IMG/VR virus record: IMGVR_UViG_3300020046_010243
Location: 12,937 to 76,936 of that record
Source: a virus
Taxonomy: Duplodnaviria; Caudoviricetes
Direction: 5' to 3' (one strand)
Length of the DNA: 64,000 nucleotides
Below the pieces are notes generated by a model. That model searched no databases. It saw only the letters and a program-made list of their open reading frames with translations, and was not told the DNA's origin. A program made the translations under genes and the position numbers. Shown piece after piece: positions 7,494 through 17,000 of the stretch (its first letter is position 1; every line of letters starts with the position of its first letter).

Positions 7494-9694
7494 TGTCGCA
7501 GCAAGCGGATATTGTAGTCGCTCGCGGCGAGCATGTCGGCGCGGTCGATCCCGGTCCCGACTTCCTACCCAGGGTCGAGTACTCCTGGGATGAGTTCGTC
7601 ACCGCAGTCACGACCTTCGATCATCGCAGCGACAAAGACGGCCCCTACTTCTGCCGCCCGATGGGCGACTCAGGGCACCGCACCGATAAGAACGCCGAAC
7701 CCTGGTCGCTACTGGTCGCAGACCTCGACCAACTCCTCCCCGAGGACAGCAAAGCACTGCATGAGTGGTGCGAGAAGGCGGGACTGCAGTTGGTTCTGGC
7801 GACGACCTTCTCCCATGCGCCCGATGCGCCTCGCATGCGGATGTGGATTCGCTGCTCGCGCGAGGTCAGCAAGGATGAGCACCCGTTCCTGCATATGTCG
7901 CTTGCGGCGGTCTTCCCATTCAAGCTCGACCAATCTCTAGCGAAGCCCTCGCAACCGATCTTCCTGCCCTCATGCCCGCCCTCGCGCGCGAGCTACTCCT
8001 TTGCCCGCGAGTATCCGGGGAAGCCTATCGATGTAGACCGCATGCTCGCGGGCTACCAAGCGCTGATTCAACAGCGCGCGAAGGATCGGAGCGAGGGCGC
8101 GAAGGGCATCAAGACCGGCGTCCGCGTCGCGGGCGGGACCATCGACCTCTTCAACCGCAACTTTGATCTGCGCGACCTGCTCGAAAGCAGTAACGCGTAC
8201 GTGCGCAAGTCGCGCAACCGCTATATGTATCGCGGGTCGAAGAGCAAACGGGCGGCGGTCGTCGTGTATGACCAGGGGCCCGAGCACTCGGTGGTCTCGT
8301 TCCATGAAAACGATCCGCTCGCGGTGAAGGATGCCTCCGGGCAGCCGCGTATGTTGGACTCCTTTGCCGCGTATACTATCCTCGAGCATAGCGACGACTT
8401 CAAGTCCGCGTTCGAGGGCGCGCGGCGATGGGTGAACGAGCGCGGCCTCGCTGATAAGGAGAAGAGCAGCGAGTCAGCACCGCCCAAGCAACTGATAATT
8501 CTGACGCTCGACCAGATCAGTGCGAACCTGATACCGCGCATGTCGGTGGTGCAGGGGCTCCTTGAGCGTGGATGCGTGACTCTTGCAACGGGCGACTCGA
8601 ACTCGGGTAAGACGACGGTCCTTCAGTACCAGTCGATGTGCATCGCGCAGGGGACTCCCTTCGCCTCGCATACCACCACGCGCAGCAAGGTGCTGTGGGT
8701 CGCGGGCGAAGATGCCTACAATGCGCAAATTCGCTACCTCGCACTCGCGCAGAAATATGGCGTCGATCACCGCGAGTTGAAGGATTGGCTCTTCGTGCTG
8801 CCGCAACGCATCGAAATCCTCAACCCCGAATCGCTCAGCATGGTGCACGAGGCCATCGCGCAGACGCTACCGAACTCGACCGATATCGGAGCGATCTACC
8901 TCGACTCGAAGTCGATGGTATGGGGCGGCGAGGATGAGAATAGCAACGACGAAGCCGCGCGATTCATTCAAGTGCTGAACGAGGAGCTTGCGCAGCGCTA
9001 CCAGTGCGCTGTCATCGTGACGCATCACCTCACCAAGTTCAAGGATAAGTCGCAGCAAACTGCACGCGGCGCGGGTGCGCTCATCAATAACATCGACCAC
9101 GAGTGGCGCTTCGATAAGAAGGGCAACGAGCACATCGTCACGATGGAGCCTGGGGCCAAGTTGCGCATCGCCCCATGGTCGCCGAAACACTTCTTCATTG
9201 AAGTCTACTCCCTCGACTGCACCGACCATGCGCACCTCATCGACAATTTCGGCGAGGCGCCGCGCATCAGCCTACCGAAGCTCGTCAATGCCGCAGGCGT
9301 CTCCGTCTCATCTCTCGAGGAAGACCTAGAGCAGGCGTTGGTGATCCTCGTGCTCGACCTGCCCTCCTCGATCACATCGAAGGGCAAGGTCATGGTGCGC
9401 CGCGTCGCGAAGGGAGTCCTTGAGCATCCCTCCGCCGAGCCGGTGCGTCGCGCGCGAGGAGTTCCGCAAGGGGCTGAGACCGCCGAGGATGCTGAGGATG
9501 CTTACGTCAAGGGCTACCAGGATAAGCTCCGTCGCACCATCCTACCGAGACTTGTCGAGAAGCAACTGTTGACAGAAGAGTTCAAGCCGACCGACGCGGG
9601 TCGACGCTTCGCCGAGTCTGTGCTGGGCCCCGGTGCGACCGCGACCGAGAGCGAGGAAGAAAGTCAACCCGAGAGCGACCCCGCCGACAGTTAG
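7494..9694 (+). CDS. primase-helicase (AEP-like primase plus RecA-like AAA_25 helicase)
   Basis: LVADLD, TTFSH, PRMR primase-like motifs; GDSNSGKTT Walker A; IYLDS Walker B; HHLTK, RGAGAL; start uncertain. Confidence 0.85.
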
Positions 9695-9697
9695 CGC

Positions 9698-9726
9698 TTG
9701 CACCCCGCAGCGCTCATCGCTATGAT
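9698..9726 (+). promoter_or_regulatory. sigma70-type promoter
   Basis: TTGCAC-N17-TATGAT, upstream of RBS agaaaggaa and ATG 9765. Confidence 0.65.
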
Positions 9727-9764
9727 GACTGCGCAGTTGAGAGTTCATCCCAGAAAGGAAAACG

Positions 9765-10718
9765 ATGAGCAAAAAATCAGCCAAGTCAGCACCGAAACTA
9801 TCCCCACGCAAGAGCAAGAAACAGCGCGAACTTGCCGCAGCACTAGGCGCTCCCGAAGCCGAGCAGGCCGCCGCCGAGGCTGCTCTCGAACAAGAGAGCG
9901 AAGAGCAAGCGTACTCCTCGCTGCCTCCGATACCGCCTCCGCCCGAGTGGGTCGCTCCGATCGGTCCGCCCGAGATTCCGAGCGCATGGGCAGATGGCGG
10001 GTACCTCGCATTGGTCACGAATTTCCACGGCGGAGTCGTGACATTCATTTCATCGTCGAGCGGAGGCGAATCTTCCCGCCTCGACTTGCCCAAATTCTGG
10101 CGCCGCATCAAGCCGCATTTCCCTGCGGTAGACCCCACCCGCTGCATTCTTTCCTTCCTCGCGCGCGAGCGCAGCGGACTATTCAATATGCGCGTGCGAG
10201 ACATCAGGAGACTAATCGAAATGCTCACGAAGGAATCGCTGGAGAAAATGTCCGAGCGTGACCTGGGTAACGAGTATCGCAAACTCGTCGATCCCAAGGG
10301 TCCGCAACGCATCAAGACCGACAAGAAGGCTGAGTTCATCCAGAAGATCCTGGACGCCGCGAAGGAAATGGGCGCGAAGGTCGACGCGGACGGGACGCCG
10401 AAGCCCCCGAAGGAGAAGAAAGTCAAGCCGCCGACGGAGCCGAAGCCGCCGAAGGAGAAGAAGGTCAAGGAGCCCAAGCCCCCGAAGGAACCGAAGACTC
10501 CGAAGCAGCCCAAGACCCCGAAAGCGCCCAAGCAGTCAGCGAAGGAAATCAAGGCGGCCGGCGGGAATCCCTTCCGGGAAGGATCGATGAAGAACAAAGC
10601 CTTCTCGGTCTACCTCGCGACGAAGGGCGACCGGGAAAAGACGATCGAAGCCGCTACGAAGGCCGGCGCGACGCCCTCGACCGCAAGCTCCTGGTACGCC
10701 GCCTTCAACAAGCTTTAG
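9765..10718 (+). CDS. Lys/Pro-rich histone-H1-like DNA-binding protein
   Basis: Basic N-terminus, repeated KPPKE/KTPK blocks, small helical C-terminal domain. Confidence 0.7.
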   Translation: MSKKSAKSAPKLSPRKSKKQRELAAALGAPEAEQAAAEAALEQESEEQAYSSLPPIPPPPEWVAPIGPPEIPSAWADGGYLALVTNFHGGVVTFISSSSGGESSRLDLPKFWRRIKPHFPAVDPTRCILSFLARERSGLFNMRVRDIRRLIEMLTKESLEKMSERDLGNEYRKLVDPKGPQRIKTDKKAEFIQKILDAAKEMGAKVDADGTPKPPKEKKVKPPTEPKPPKEKKVKEPKPPKEPKTPKQPKTPKAPKQSAKEIKAAGGNPFREGSMKNKAFSVYLATKGDREKTIEAATKAGATPSTASSWYAAFNKL

Positions 10719-10732
10719 TCATCATCGGTTCG

Positions 10733-10783
10733 GGGGCGCTGCGTAGCGCTGCGCGGTAACCGCAGGGTAGCGCCCCTAATTTT
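10733..10783 (+). terminator. GC-rich hairpin, possible terminator or attenuator before que operon
   Basis: ggggcgct (10733-10740) / agcgcccc (10769-10776) followed by taatttt. Confidence 0.45.
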
Positions 10784-10795
10784 CCTGGAGTCCCC

Positions 10796-11533
10796 ATGTT
10801 CGGTCTCAACAAGATCCGCAAGGTCGATGCTACGAGCGACTCGCTGTTCGTGCATTCGCTCTTCCCGACGATTCAAGGCGAAGGACCCTATGCCGGGCAG
10901 CGCGCGGTCTTCCTGCGCCTTGGCGGCTGCTCGCTCGCCTGCTCCTGGTGCGACACCGAGTTCGAGGAGGGCGCTCAGCGCATCCCGAACAAGAACATTT
11001 TCGAGCTACTCGAAGATGAGCGCGAAGGCATCGCGTCGCCTCTCTGCGTCATCACCGGCGGCGAACCGATGCGGCAGAACCTGGAGCCCCTGGCACGCCT
11101 CCTCCTGAAGGCGGGCTGGCGCGTCCAGATCGAAACCGCGGGCATTCATTGGGTCGATGGACTAGAGGCTTTCGAGCACGAAATGCTCGCACTCGATTCG
11201 CAGGAGACTCTGACTATCGTCTGTTCGCCCAAGACGCCCAAAATCAACCCGATCCTCGAGCAGTATTGCATCAATTACAAATTCATCGTCAGCGCGGACG
11301 AGCCGACCGCCGATGATGGTCTGCCCCTTTATGCGGTCTCGCAGTCACTCAAGAAGCAGTCGGGGCTGATGTTTCGACCGAGCAATCCGCGTGCGGTCAT
11401 ATTCGTGCAGCCGCTTGATCTGCCGAGCGACCCGGACGCGACGCAGCGCAACATCCATCGGTGCGCCGCGCTTGCAATCAAGCACGGCTACCGCCTCTCT
11501 CTGCAACTCCACAAGATACTGGGGCTTCCATGA
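10796..11533 (+). CDS. queE: 7-carboxy-7-deazaguanine synthase (radical SAM)
   Basis: TIQGEG, FLRLGGCSLACSWCDT (CxxxCxxC), ITGGEP, IETAG, CSPK, LSLQLHK. Confidence 0.95.
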   Translation: MFGLNKIRKVDATSDSLFVHSLFPTIQGEGPYAGQRAVFLRLGGCSLACSWCDTEFEEGAQRIPNKNIFELLEDEREGIASPLCVITGGEPMRQNLEPLARLLLKAGWRVQIETAGIHWVDGLEAFEHEMLALDSQETLTIVCSPKTPKINPILEQYCINYKFIVSADEPTADDGLPLYAVSQSLKKQSGLMFRPSNPRAVIFVQPLDLPSDPDATQRNIHRCAALAIKHGYRLSLQLHKILGLP

Positions 11534-11745
11534 GCGATGAAATGTGGTTGTTGGTGAAGGTCGCCGTTGCCGGCATGTTAGCCTATCTCAGCCTCATCAC
11601 CGCGAGTGCGGCGTCTTGGGATCGCGGATGGAGCAGGCGGTTCGGATTCGCTTTCGCTTTCGTGTTGATGCTGCCGGCGATCTACTGGTTCATGCGTCTT
11701 TTTCTCTGGGTGATGAATCTTCCGCTGCCGGAGGCCTTTCGATGA
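11530..11745 (+). CDS. small membrane protein, 71 aa
   Basis: Two hydrophobic segments; ATGA coupling on both sides. Confidence 0.7.
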   Translation: MSDEMWLLVKVAVAGMLAYLSLITASAASWDRGWSRRFGFAFAFVLMLPAIYWFMRLFLWVMNLPLPEAFR

Positions 11746-12068
11746 GAATGTGGATGGTTCAGCCAGAAACGATGTGCACGCAGCACCTTCTCGGGGAGCA
11801 CCTCGAACTGCATATGTTCGTCGGCAGCATTGCGAAGGGCATAAGCATGCAAGGGTATGTCGATGCGGGGCTGCTCGAGTCGAGTAGCATCGCCTTTCGG
11901 CACGAGCAACTGGTCGCAGAAATGGCGCGCCGCGGCTTCTCCCATAAGTCGCCGCTGCCCTACTTCGACACAATCAACCAGGGTCAGGTCCCCCGCGCGG
12001 GCGCGCGCGAGGAGTTGCTGCGCCGCTGCCCGACCTGCCGCAAGCTCGCCGCGGAGTTCGAGCAATGA
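11742..12068 (+). CDS. pyrimidine-dimer DNA glycosylase / endonuclease V (DenV-like)
   Basis: MRMWMVQP..MC.QHLLGEH.ELHM and RHEQLVAEMARRGFSHKSPL motifs. Confidence 0.8.
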   Translation: MRMWMVQPETMCTQHLLGEHLELHMFVGSIAKGISMQGYVDAGLLESSSIAFRHEQLVAEMARRGFSHKSPLPYFDTINQGQVPRAGAREELLRRCPTCRKLAAEFEQ

Positions 12069-12214
12069 GCGCGTTGGTGGCGGTCGCTCTCGGATCCGTC
12101 ATCATTCCTCTCGGGATCGCGCTCTGGATGCGAAACACCATGGGCGTCCTCGGTTTTGCGGGCATGCTCTTCTATGCGGTAGTCTACTGGTTCCGCGTCG
12201 GTGCCTGCGCATGA
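12065..12214 (+). CDS. small membrane protein, 49 aa
   Basis: MSALVAVALGSVIIPLGIALW...; coupled start and stop. Confidence 0.6.
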   Translation: MSALVAVALGSVIIPLGIALWMRNTMGVLGFAGMLFYAVVYWFRVGACA

Positions 12215-12453
12215 ACCACAAGTTCTTTACCACCAACAACGCCGCTTGGTTCCCCAAGGACCGACCGAACGGCAAAGCGGGCAGCGAGCGCATGGTGCTC
12301 TACTCGATGATCGAAGCTCGCCCGGGCATCAGCAGCGATGAACTCGAATCCCAATGGACTTTTCATACCAGCATGCGCTCGCGCCTCAAGGAGTTGTTCG
12401 ATAAGCACCACATCGAACTACGCCGGCCGAGTGATCTTTTCGGGGAGCAGTGA
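12211..12453 (+). CDS. small winged-helix-like protein, 80 aa
   Basis: RPGISSDEL...SMRSRLKELFDKHHI resembles wHTH. Confidence 0.55.
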   Translation: MNHKFFTTNNAAWFPKDRPNGKAGSERMVLYSMIEARPGISSDELESQWTFHTSMRSRLKELFDKHHIELRRPSDLFGEQ

Positions 12454-12454
12454 A

Positions 12455-12973
12455 GTGGCGGAGATTCCGAAGATGGAAGTAGTCGTAGATGTAGAAGAGC
12501 TTGCAACTCACCTGGCAGCGCAGGGACCGGTCATCGTCGCGCGGCGTTACCACGACTTCTCGTGCGGGCATCGCGTGCATAACCACGAAGGGAAGTGCGC
12601 GCTGTTGCACGGCCACAACTACCGGGTGACCTTCTCCATTCGCGCAGCGGAGTTGGATGCGGTCGGTCGGGTGCTCGACTTCTCGGTCATCAAGGAGCGC
12701 CTCTGCATCTGGCTCGAGGAAAACTGGGACCATCGGTTCTTGGCATGGTCGCAGGATGACCTCATGCACGACCTCTTCTCCCACGAGGGCGGTCCCGGAC
12801 AGCAGATGATGGAGAAGTCGCTGGTCTGGGTGCCGTTCAATCCCACAGCCGAGAACATGGCGCTCTTCCTTCTGCAAACCGTCGGTCCTGCGCAACTCGC
12901 GGGCACCGGCGCCGAACTGATTCATGTCATCGTCGAAGAGACCCGCAAGTGCCGGGCTGAAGTCTACAAGTAA
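12455..12973 (+). CDS. queD: 6-carboxy-tetrahydropterin synthase
   Basis: HRV...KCALLHGHNYRV, LDFSVIK, WDHRFL, PTAEN, VEET; start 12455 or 12473. Confidence 0.93.
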   Translation: MAEIPKMEVVVDVEELATHLAAQGPVIVARRYHDFSCGHRVHNHEGKCALLHGHNYRVTFSIRAAELDAVGRVLDFSVIKERLCIWLEENWDHRFLAWSQDDLMHDLFSHEGGPGQQMMEKSLVWVPFNPTAENMALFLLQTVGPAQLAGTGAELIHVIVEETRKCRAEVYK

Positions 12974-12983
12974 AGGAGCTACC

Positions 12984-13190
12984 ATGATGAAAGCAGGACA
13001 GACCCTCTCGCGCGCGCTGCCCGCATGCCCGACATGCAAGAAGTCGGATGCGGTGCGGGCGATGACCGCGACTCCGGGGCAGTACTTCTGCGCGCGCTGC
13101 CAACTGAACCTCTCGCTGGAAACCGAAGCCAAGGATCTGCATCGCGCGCGCGACCGCAAGGGCGAGTACCTCACGAAGGGGGAGAAGTGA
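12984..13190 (+). CDS. small zinc-ribbon protein, 68 aa
   Basis: CPTC...CARC; RBS aaggag. Confidence 0.7.
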   Translation: MMKAGQTLSRALPACPTCKKSDAVRAMTATPGQYFCARCQLNLSLETEAKDLHRARDRKGEYLTKGEK

Positions 13191-13756
13191 ACGAACCTAC
13201 GATCGAGGAAGCCGTCGCACTGATGCTCCGCGAGATCGAAGGCGGGTCATATATGCGCGCGGGGCTCACGGATACTCCCATGCGCGTGGCGAAAGCATAC
13301 AAGGAATGGTTCGCGGGCTACACCATAAACATCCCCGCGCTCTTCAAGACGTTCGAGGATGGTGCGGAGAAGTGCGACGAAATGATCGTGCTCGACAACA
13401 TCCCGGTGCAGTCGCACTGCGAGCACCATATGGCGCCCTTCGTGGGGACGGCGGTGGTCGGTTACATCCCCTCGGGGCGCATCATCGGACTCAGCAAGAT
13501 CCCGAAGCTCGTCAACGCCTTCAGCAAGCGACTTCAGGTGCAGGAGCGCCTGACCAACCAGATTGCCGAGGCGATGCAGGAGCACTTGAAGCCAAAGGGC
13601 GCCGGGGTCATCATCCGCGCCGAGCACTTCTGCATGGCGACCAGGGGCGTCCATACTCCGGGAGTCTTCACGACTACTTCCGCGCTGCGCGGCGTCTTCC
13701 GCGAGGCGGGAGCCCGGGAAGAATTTCTACAGTTCGCTTGGCGGGGGCATCGATGA
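13187..13756 (+). CDS. folE: GTP cyclohydrolase I
   Basis: TPMRVAKAY, SHCEHHMAPF, GLSKI, RLQVQERLT, HFCMATRGV; GTG start. Confidence 0.96.
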   Translation: MNEPTIEEAVALMLREIEGGSYMRAGLTDTPMRVAKAYKEWFAGYTINIPALFKTFEDGAEKCDEMIVLDNIPVQSHCEHHMAPFVGTAVVGYIPSGRIIGLSKIPKLVNAFSKRLQVQERLTNQIAEAMQEHLKPKGAGVIIRAEHFCMATRGVHTPGVFTTTSALRGVFREAGAREEFLQFAWRGHR

Positions 13757-14826
13757 CTACGGAGTACAAAGACAAAGCAGTCGTCCTTCTCAGCGGGGGA
13801 CTCGACAGCGCACTCTCGCTCGCCATCATGGTCAGCGATCCCGAGATCGACGAAGTGCATGCGCTGATTTTCGACTACGGCCAATCGTCGCAGGCAGAGG
13901 TCGGGAAAGCGGTCAGGCTTTGCGAGGCTTGGCTGGTCCCCTTCACGGTTCAGCGGATGAAACTCAGCACCGACGCGGATACGCATGTCGAGATTCCCGC
14001 GCGCAACCTGATATTCGTCGCACAGGCGGCGGCCTTCGCGCTCTCGCATGGGTTCACCTCAATTGTGATCGGCGCGGAGCCCGACAGCACCTACGCGGAT
14101 TCATCCGTCGAGTTTCTGCAAAAGGCAGACGCGATGCTTCGCTGCTTCAACCTCAGACTCGTCGCACCAGTGAAGCTTTTGGCGAACAAAAAAGAACTGG
14201 TGATGGAGGCACTCGCGCGAGGCGTTCCGCTGCACCTCTGCCATTCTTCGCGCAGCGACAAAGTAGATGGCGAGTGCAAGACCTCGCGGCGCTTCCTCGA
14301 CGCTCTCGGTTCGATCTTTCCGCGCATCGATCCTCTTGTTCTTCTTGATGTGCTGAACCGACTCTCTAGCCCTTCCGTGGTGAGCATCGCGCGCCCGAAT
14401 GTCGGGGCGAGTATTTGCTACCGCTTGACGGAAGGAAGCTTCAGTTTCAAACTGCCCGCAGCGCTGATGGTCGTCGGGTCGATGAACTGGGTAACGTATC
14501 CGCAACAGGTCATCGTCTATACTACGGGTTCATGGGGCAAGGCGCTCAAGGCAGCCCAAGCGCTTATCGGCGACTCGAAAGACGTCGCAGTAATTCAAAG
14601 CTACTGGCTGGTCGACCTCCTGGGACAGCCCATTAACTGCGACCTGCTCGAGGCTCAGTGGGGGATCAAACAAGCGATGTCGATGCTGCCGCGTCCCCGC
14701 TACATGCCCCGCGTCGCCTGCCGGGTAACGCAAGGGCACCTGGCGCATGCGTTAACTTCTCTCGGATATGAAGTGGTTCTTCCGAACGACCCGCGACCCA
14801 ACCTGCTCCTCGAGACGGTAGTCTGA
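13753..14826 (+). CDS. queC: QueC-like PP-loop enzyme lacking most Zn ligands, with ~150-aa C-terminal extension
   Basis: VVLLSGGLDS, FDYGQ, IPARNLIF, YADSSVEF; Zn site reads HSSRSDKVDGECKTS. Confidence 0.75.
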   Translation: MTTEYKDKAVVLLSGGLDSALSLAIMVSDPEIDEVHALIFDYGQSSQAEVGKAVRLCEAWLVPFTVQRMKLSTDADTHVEIPARNLIFVAQAAAFALSHGFTSIVIGAEPDSTYADSSVEFLQKADAMLRCFNLRLVAPVKLLANKKELVMEALARGVPLHLCHSSRSDKVDGECKTSRRFLDALGSIFPRIDPLVLLDVLNRLSSPSVVSIARPNVGASICYRLTEGSFSFKLPAALMVVGSMNWVTYPQQVIVYTTGSWGKALKAAQALIGDSKDVAVIQSYWLVDLLGQPINCDLLEAQWGIKQAMSMLPRPRYMPRVACRVTQGHLAHALTSLGYEVVLPNDPRPNLLLETVV

Positions 14827-14829
14827 GCT

Positions 14830-16122
14830 ATGTGCGGAATTTTCATCAGCCCTTCCGACTTACTTACCTCAGCCGGTCTCGGGCAAATGCGCTACCGCGG
14901 GCCGGATGCTTCGCACATCGTTAGCGCCGGGGACCTCTGTGTGGGGTTCGCTCGGCTAGCGATTGTCGATACCGACGCAGCCGAGGCGCAGCAGCCCCAC
15001 CGCACCGCGAAGGGCCGCATCGTGGTCATGAACGGGGAGATTTACAACTACCATAGCCTCGACCCCGCCGCGAAGAGCGAAGTCGAACTGCTAGGGCGCA
15101 TGCTGGATGATGGCCTCGACCCGCGGCACTTCATCGACGGCGACTATGCCATCGCAAGCTTCGATCCCTCGAACCGGCTGCTGACGCTCTACCGAGACCG
15201 CTTCGGTGCCTGCCCGCTCTACTATCAGGTAAAGCCTTTCGTCGCGGTGAGCAGCGAGCGTCGCTGGCTTAACTCCGCCATCGAATTGATGCCGCACCAG
15301 AAGGTCGTGATACGAGTTACCGGTCGCTTCGCCAGGGGCAAGGTAGTGCAGCGTAACCGATGGCCGCATTATGGTCTCACCGTTTTCGACTCTCCTCCGC
15401 CCTCGGTGCCCTACTTCAAGTCGCTACTCCGCCGCGCAGTGCTCTCGCGCGCGATGCATTCTGATACCGGGTTCTCGGTGACCTGCTCTGGCGGTCTCGA
15501 CTCGAGCGCGGTAATCTTCGCTATGCGCGACCTCGGGATTGCTCCGAAACTGATGCTCTGCGTTTCGTTCGGCGATACCGAGGATAGTCGACATGCTTTG
15601 CAAGTAGCTTCGTCGACCGGCTTTCCCTTGAAGGTGATCTACGTCGATGAGGCGCTCCTCGCGCGCGACCGCGATAAAATAATGGAGCACTCCGACTGCC
15701 GCTCGCTCCAGCCGCTGCAATGGCGAGTCGCAGTCCGAAACTGGTATGTAGCGCAGAACAGCCCAACGCGGGTAGTGCTTTCAGGAGAAGGCAGCGACGA
15801 ACTCTTCTCGGGCTACCCGCCGCATCCGGAGCGACTGAAAATTCCATACCGCATCGCGGCTAAGCAACTAGGCGCATTGAACTCGCTTCCCAAGTGCAGT
15901 CTTGACCTCAGCAACAAGATTGGTCTCGCGCACAGCGTGGAGTTTCGCGCGCCTTTCCTGCATTCGCTGCTGAGCTACTCACTCCTCGCGACGCAGACGG
16001 GAGCCCATAAGCACCTTCTTCGTAGCATCCTCTCGAACTTCGGAGCACCCGCAGACTTGGTTCATCGGGGTAAGTGGGGATCGAATGAACAGCTACTCGA
16101 TGCCTCAATGGAGAACGCATGA
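14830..16122 (+). CDS. asparagine-synthetase-B-like glutamine amidotransferase / amide synthetase
   Basis: MCGI Ntn nucleophile, RGPD, RLAIVD, NGEIYN, RDRFG, SGGLDSS, SGEGSDELFSGY, EFRAPFL. Confidence 0.9.
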   Translation: MCGIFISPSDLLTSAGLGQMRYRGPDASHIVSAGDLCVGFARLAIVDTDAAEAQQPHRTAKGRIVVMNGEIYNYHSLDPAAKSEVELLGRMLDDGLDPRHFIDGDYAIASFDPSNRLLTLYRDRFGACPLYYQVKPFVAVSSERRWLNSAIELMPHQKVVIRVTGRFARGKVVQRNRWPHYGLTVFDSPPPSVPYFKSLLRRAVLSRAMHSDTGFSVTCSGGLDSSAVIFAMRDLGIAPKLMLCVSFGDTEDSRHALQVASSTGFPLKVIYVDEALLARDRDKIMEHSDCRSLQPLQWRVAVRNWYVAQNSPTRVVLSGEGSDELFSGYPPHPERLKIPYRIAAKQLGALNSLPKCSLDLSNKIGLAHSVEFRAPFLHSLLSYSLLATQTGAHKHLLRSILSNFGAPADLVHRGKWGSNEQLLDASMENA

Positions 16123-16292
16123 CGGCGCAACTCTCGCAACTACTCGCTACGCTCATCGGCATTTTCTTTTTCGGCATGATGAAGGAGTACTACAAGCAAA
16201 GGCTGCCGGCCTGGGGCAACCTCTACCGGGCGCTTTGCCTCATCTACTTGGGTATCCTCGTCGGTCGCGCAATCGGGAGCTACTTGCAATGA
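16119..16292 (+). CDS. small membrane protein, 57 aa
   Basis: MTAQLSQLLATLIGIFFFG...ALCLIYLGILVG; coupled overlaps. Confidence 0.6.
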   Translation: MTAQLSQLLATLIGIFFFGMMKEYYKQRLPAWGNLYRALCLIYLGILVGRAIGSYLQ

Positions 16293-16468
16293 GCACCGAA
16301 ATCGAATGCGTCCGAGTGCGCGAGACGGACAACGCGGTTCTCATCGAAGTCGACGGCGATAACCATTGGATTCCGCTTTCGCAGGTCAAGTCGATGCACT
16401 TCAACATGCATGAGAAGGGCACCATCGTCATCAGCGACTGGATCGCCGAGCAGAAAGGACTTGCGTAG
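16289..16468 (+). CDS. small beta-rich protein, 59 aa
   Basis: ETDNAVLIE..HWIPLSQV..DWIAEQKGL, a common small phage family pattern. Confidence 0.7.
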   Translation: MSTEIECVRVRETDNAVLIEVDGDNHWIPLSQVKSMHFNMHEKGTIVISDWIAEQKGLA

Positions 16469-16998
16469 TGAAGCCGACCTACCTGCTGCTCTATAGCGGC
16501 GGTCTCGCCTGCACGGTGACGATGCTGAACTCGATCCGAGAAGGACTCAAGCCGCTTCTCCTCTTCTACAAGAATCTGGGTCCCGCGGGCGAGGGCGAGC
16601 GAGAGGCGGTCATCGCATTTTCTTCGCGCTACGACCTACCAGTTCAAACCATCCCATATGCTGCGCGCTCGCATCTTCATATCACCGACCGCGAGGCGCT
16701 GATGATGGTCGAGCTTGCGCGCGAGGTTGCGAATGAGCGCGGGCTTAAGTCAGTCGTGATCGGGCGACGGACCTTCATGGGCTCTGCGATACCCACCGCC
16801 ATGAACTTGCCTGCGACTGCGCTCTATCTTCCGAGAGTCGAGCATCGCGACGAGGACTACCGCGCAGCGCTGAACTACGAACCGACGCTCTTCCGCGCGA
16901 CGTTCTCCTGCACCGAAAGCTTCAACGAGGTGCCCTGCGGCAAGTGCGAGAAGTGCAAGTCGACGGCTGCGCTCTACAAACGAATTCGCAAAGGGTAA
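16468..16998 (+). CDS. second QueC-like protein: degenerate PP-loop, intact Zn motif
   Basis: LLYSGGLAC instead of SGGLDS; C-terminal TFSC...PCGKCEKC. Confidence 0.75.
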   Translation: MKPTYLLLYSGGLACTVTMLNSIREGLKPLLLFYKNLGPAGEGEREAVIAFSSRYDLPVQTIPYAARSHLHITDREALMMVELAREVANERGLKSVVIGRRTFMGSAIPTAMNLPATALYLPRVEHRDEDYRAALNYEPTLFRATFSCTESFNEVPCGKCEKCKSTAALYKRIRKG

Positions 16999-17000
16999 GC

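Noticed and set aside
10719-10795. preQ1 riboswitch upstream of queE
   Set aside because: Hairpin present but lacks the conserved preQ1-I stem/loop and A-rich tail
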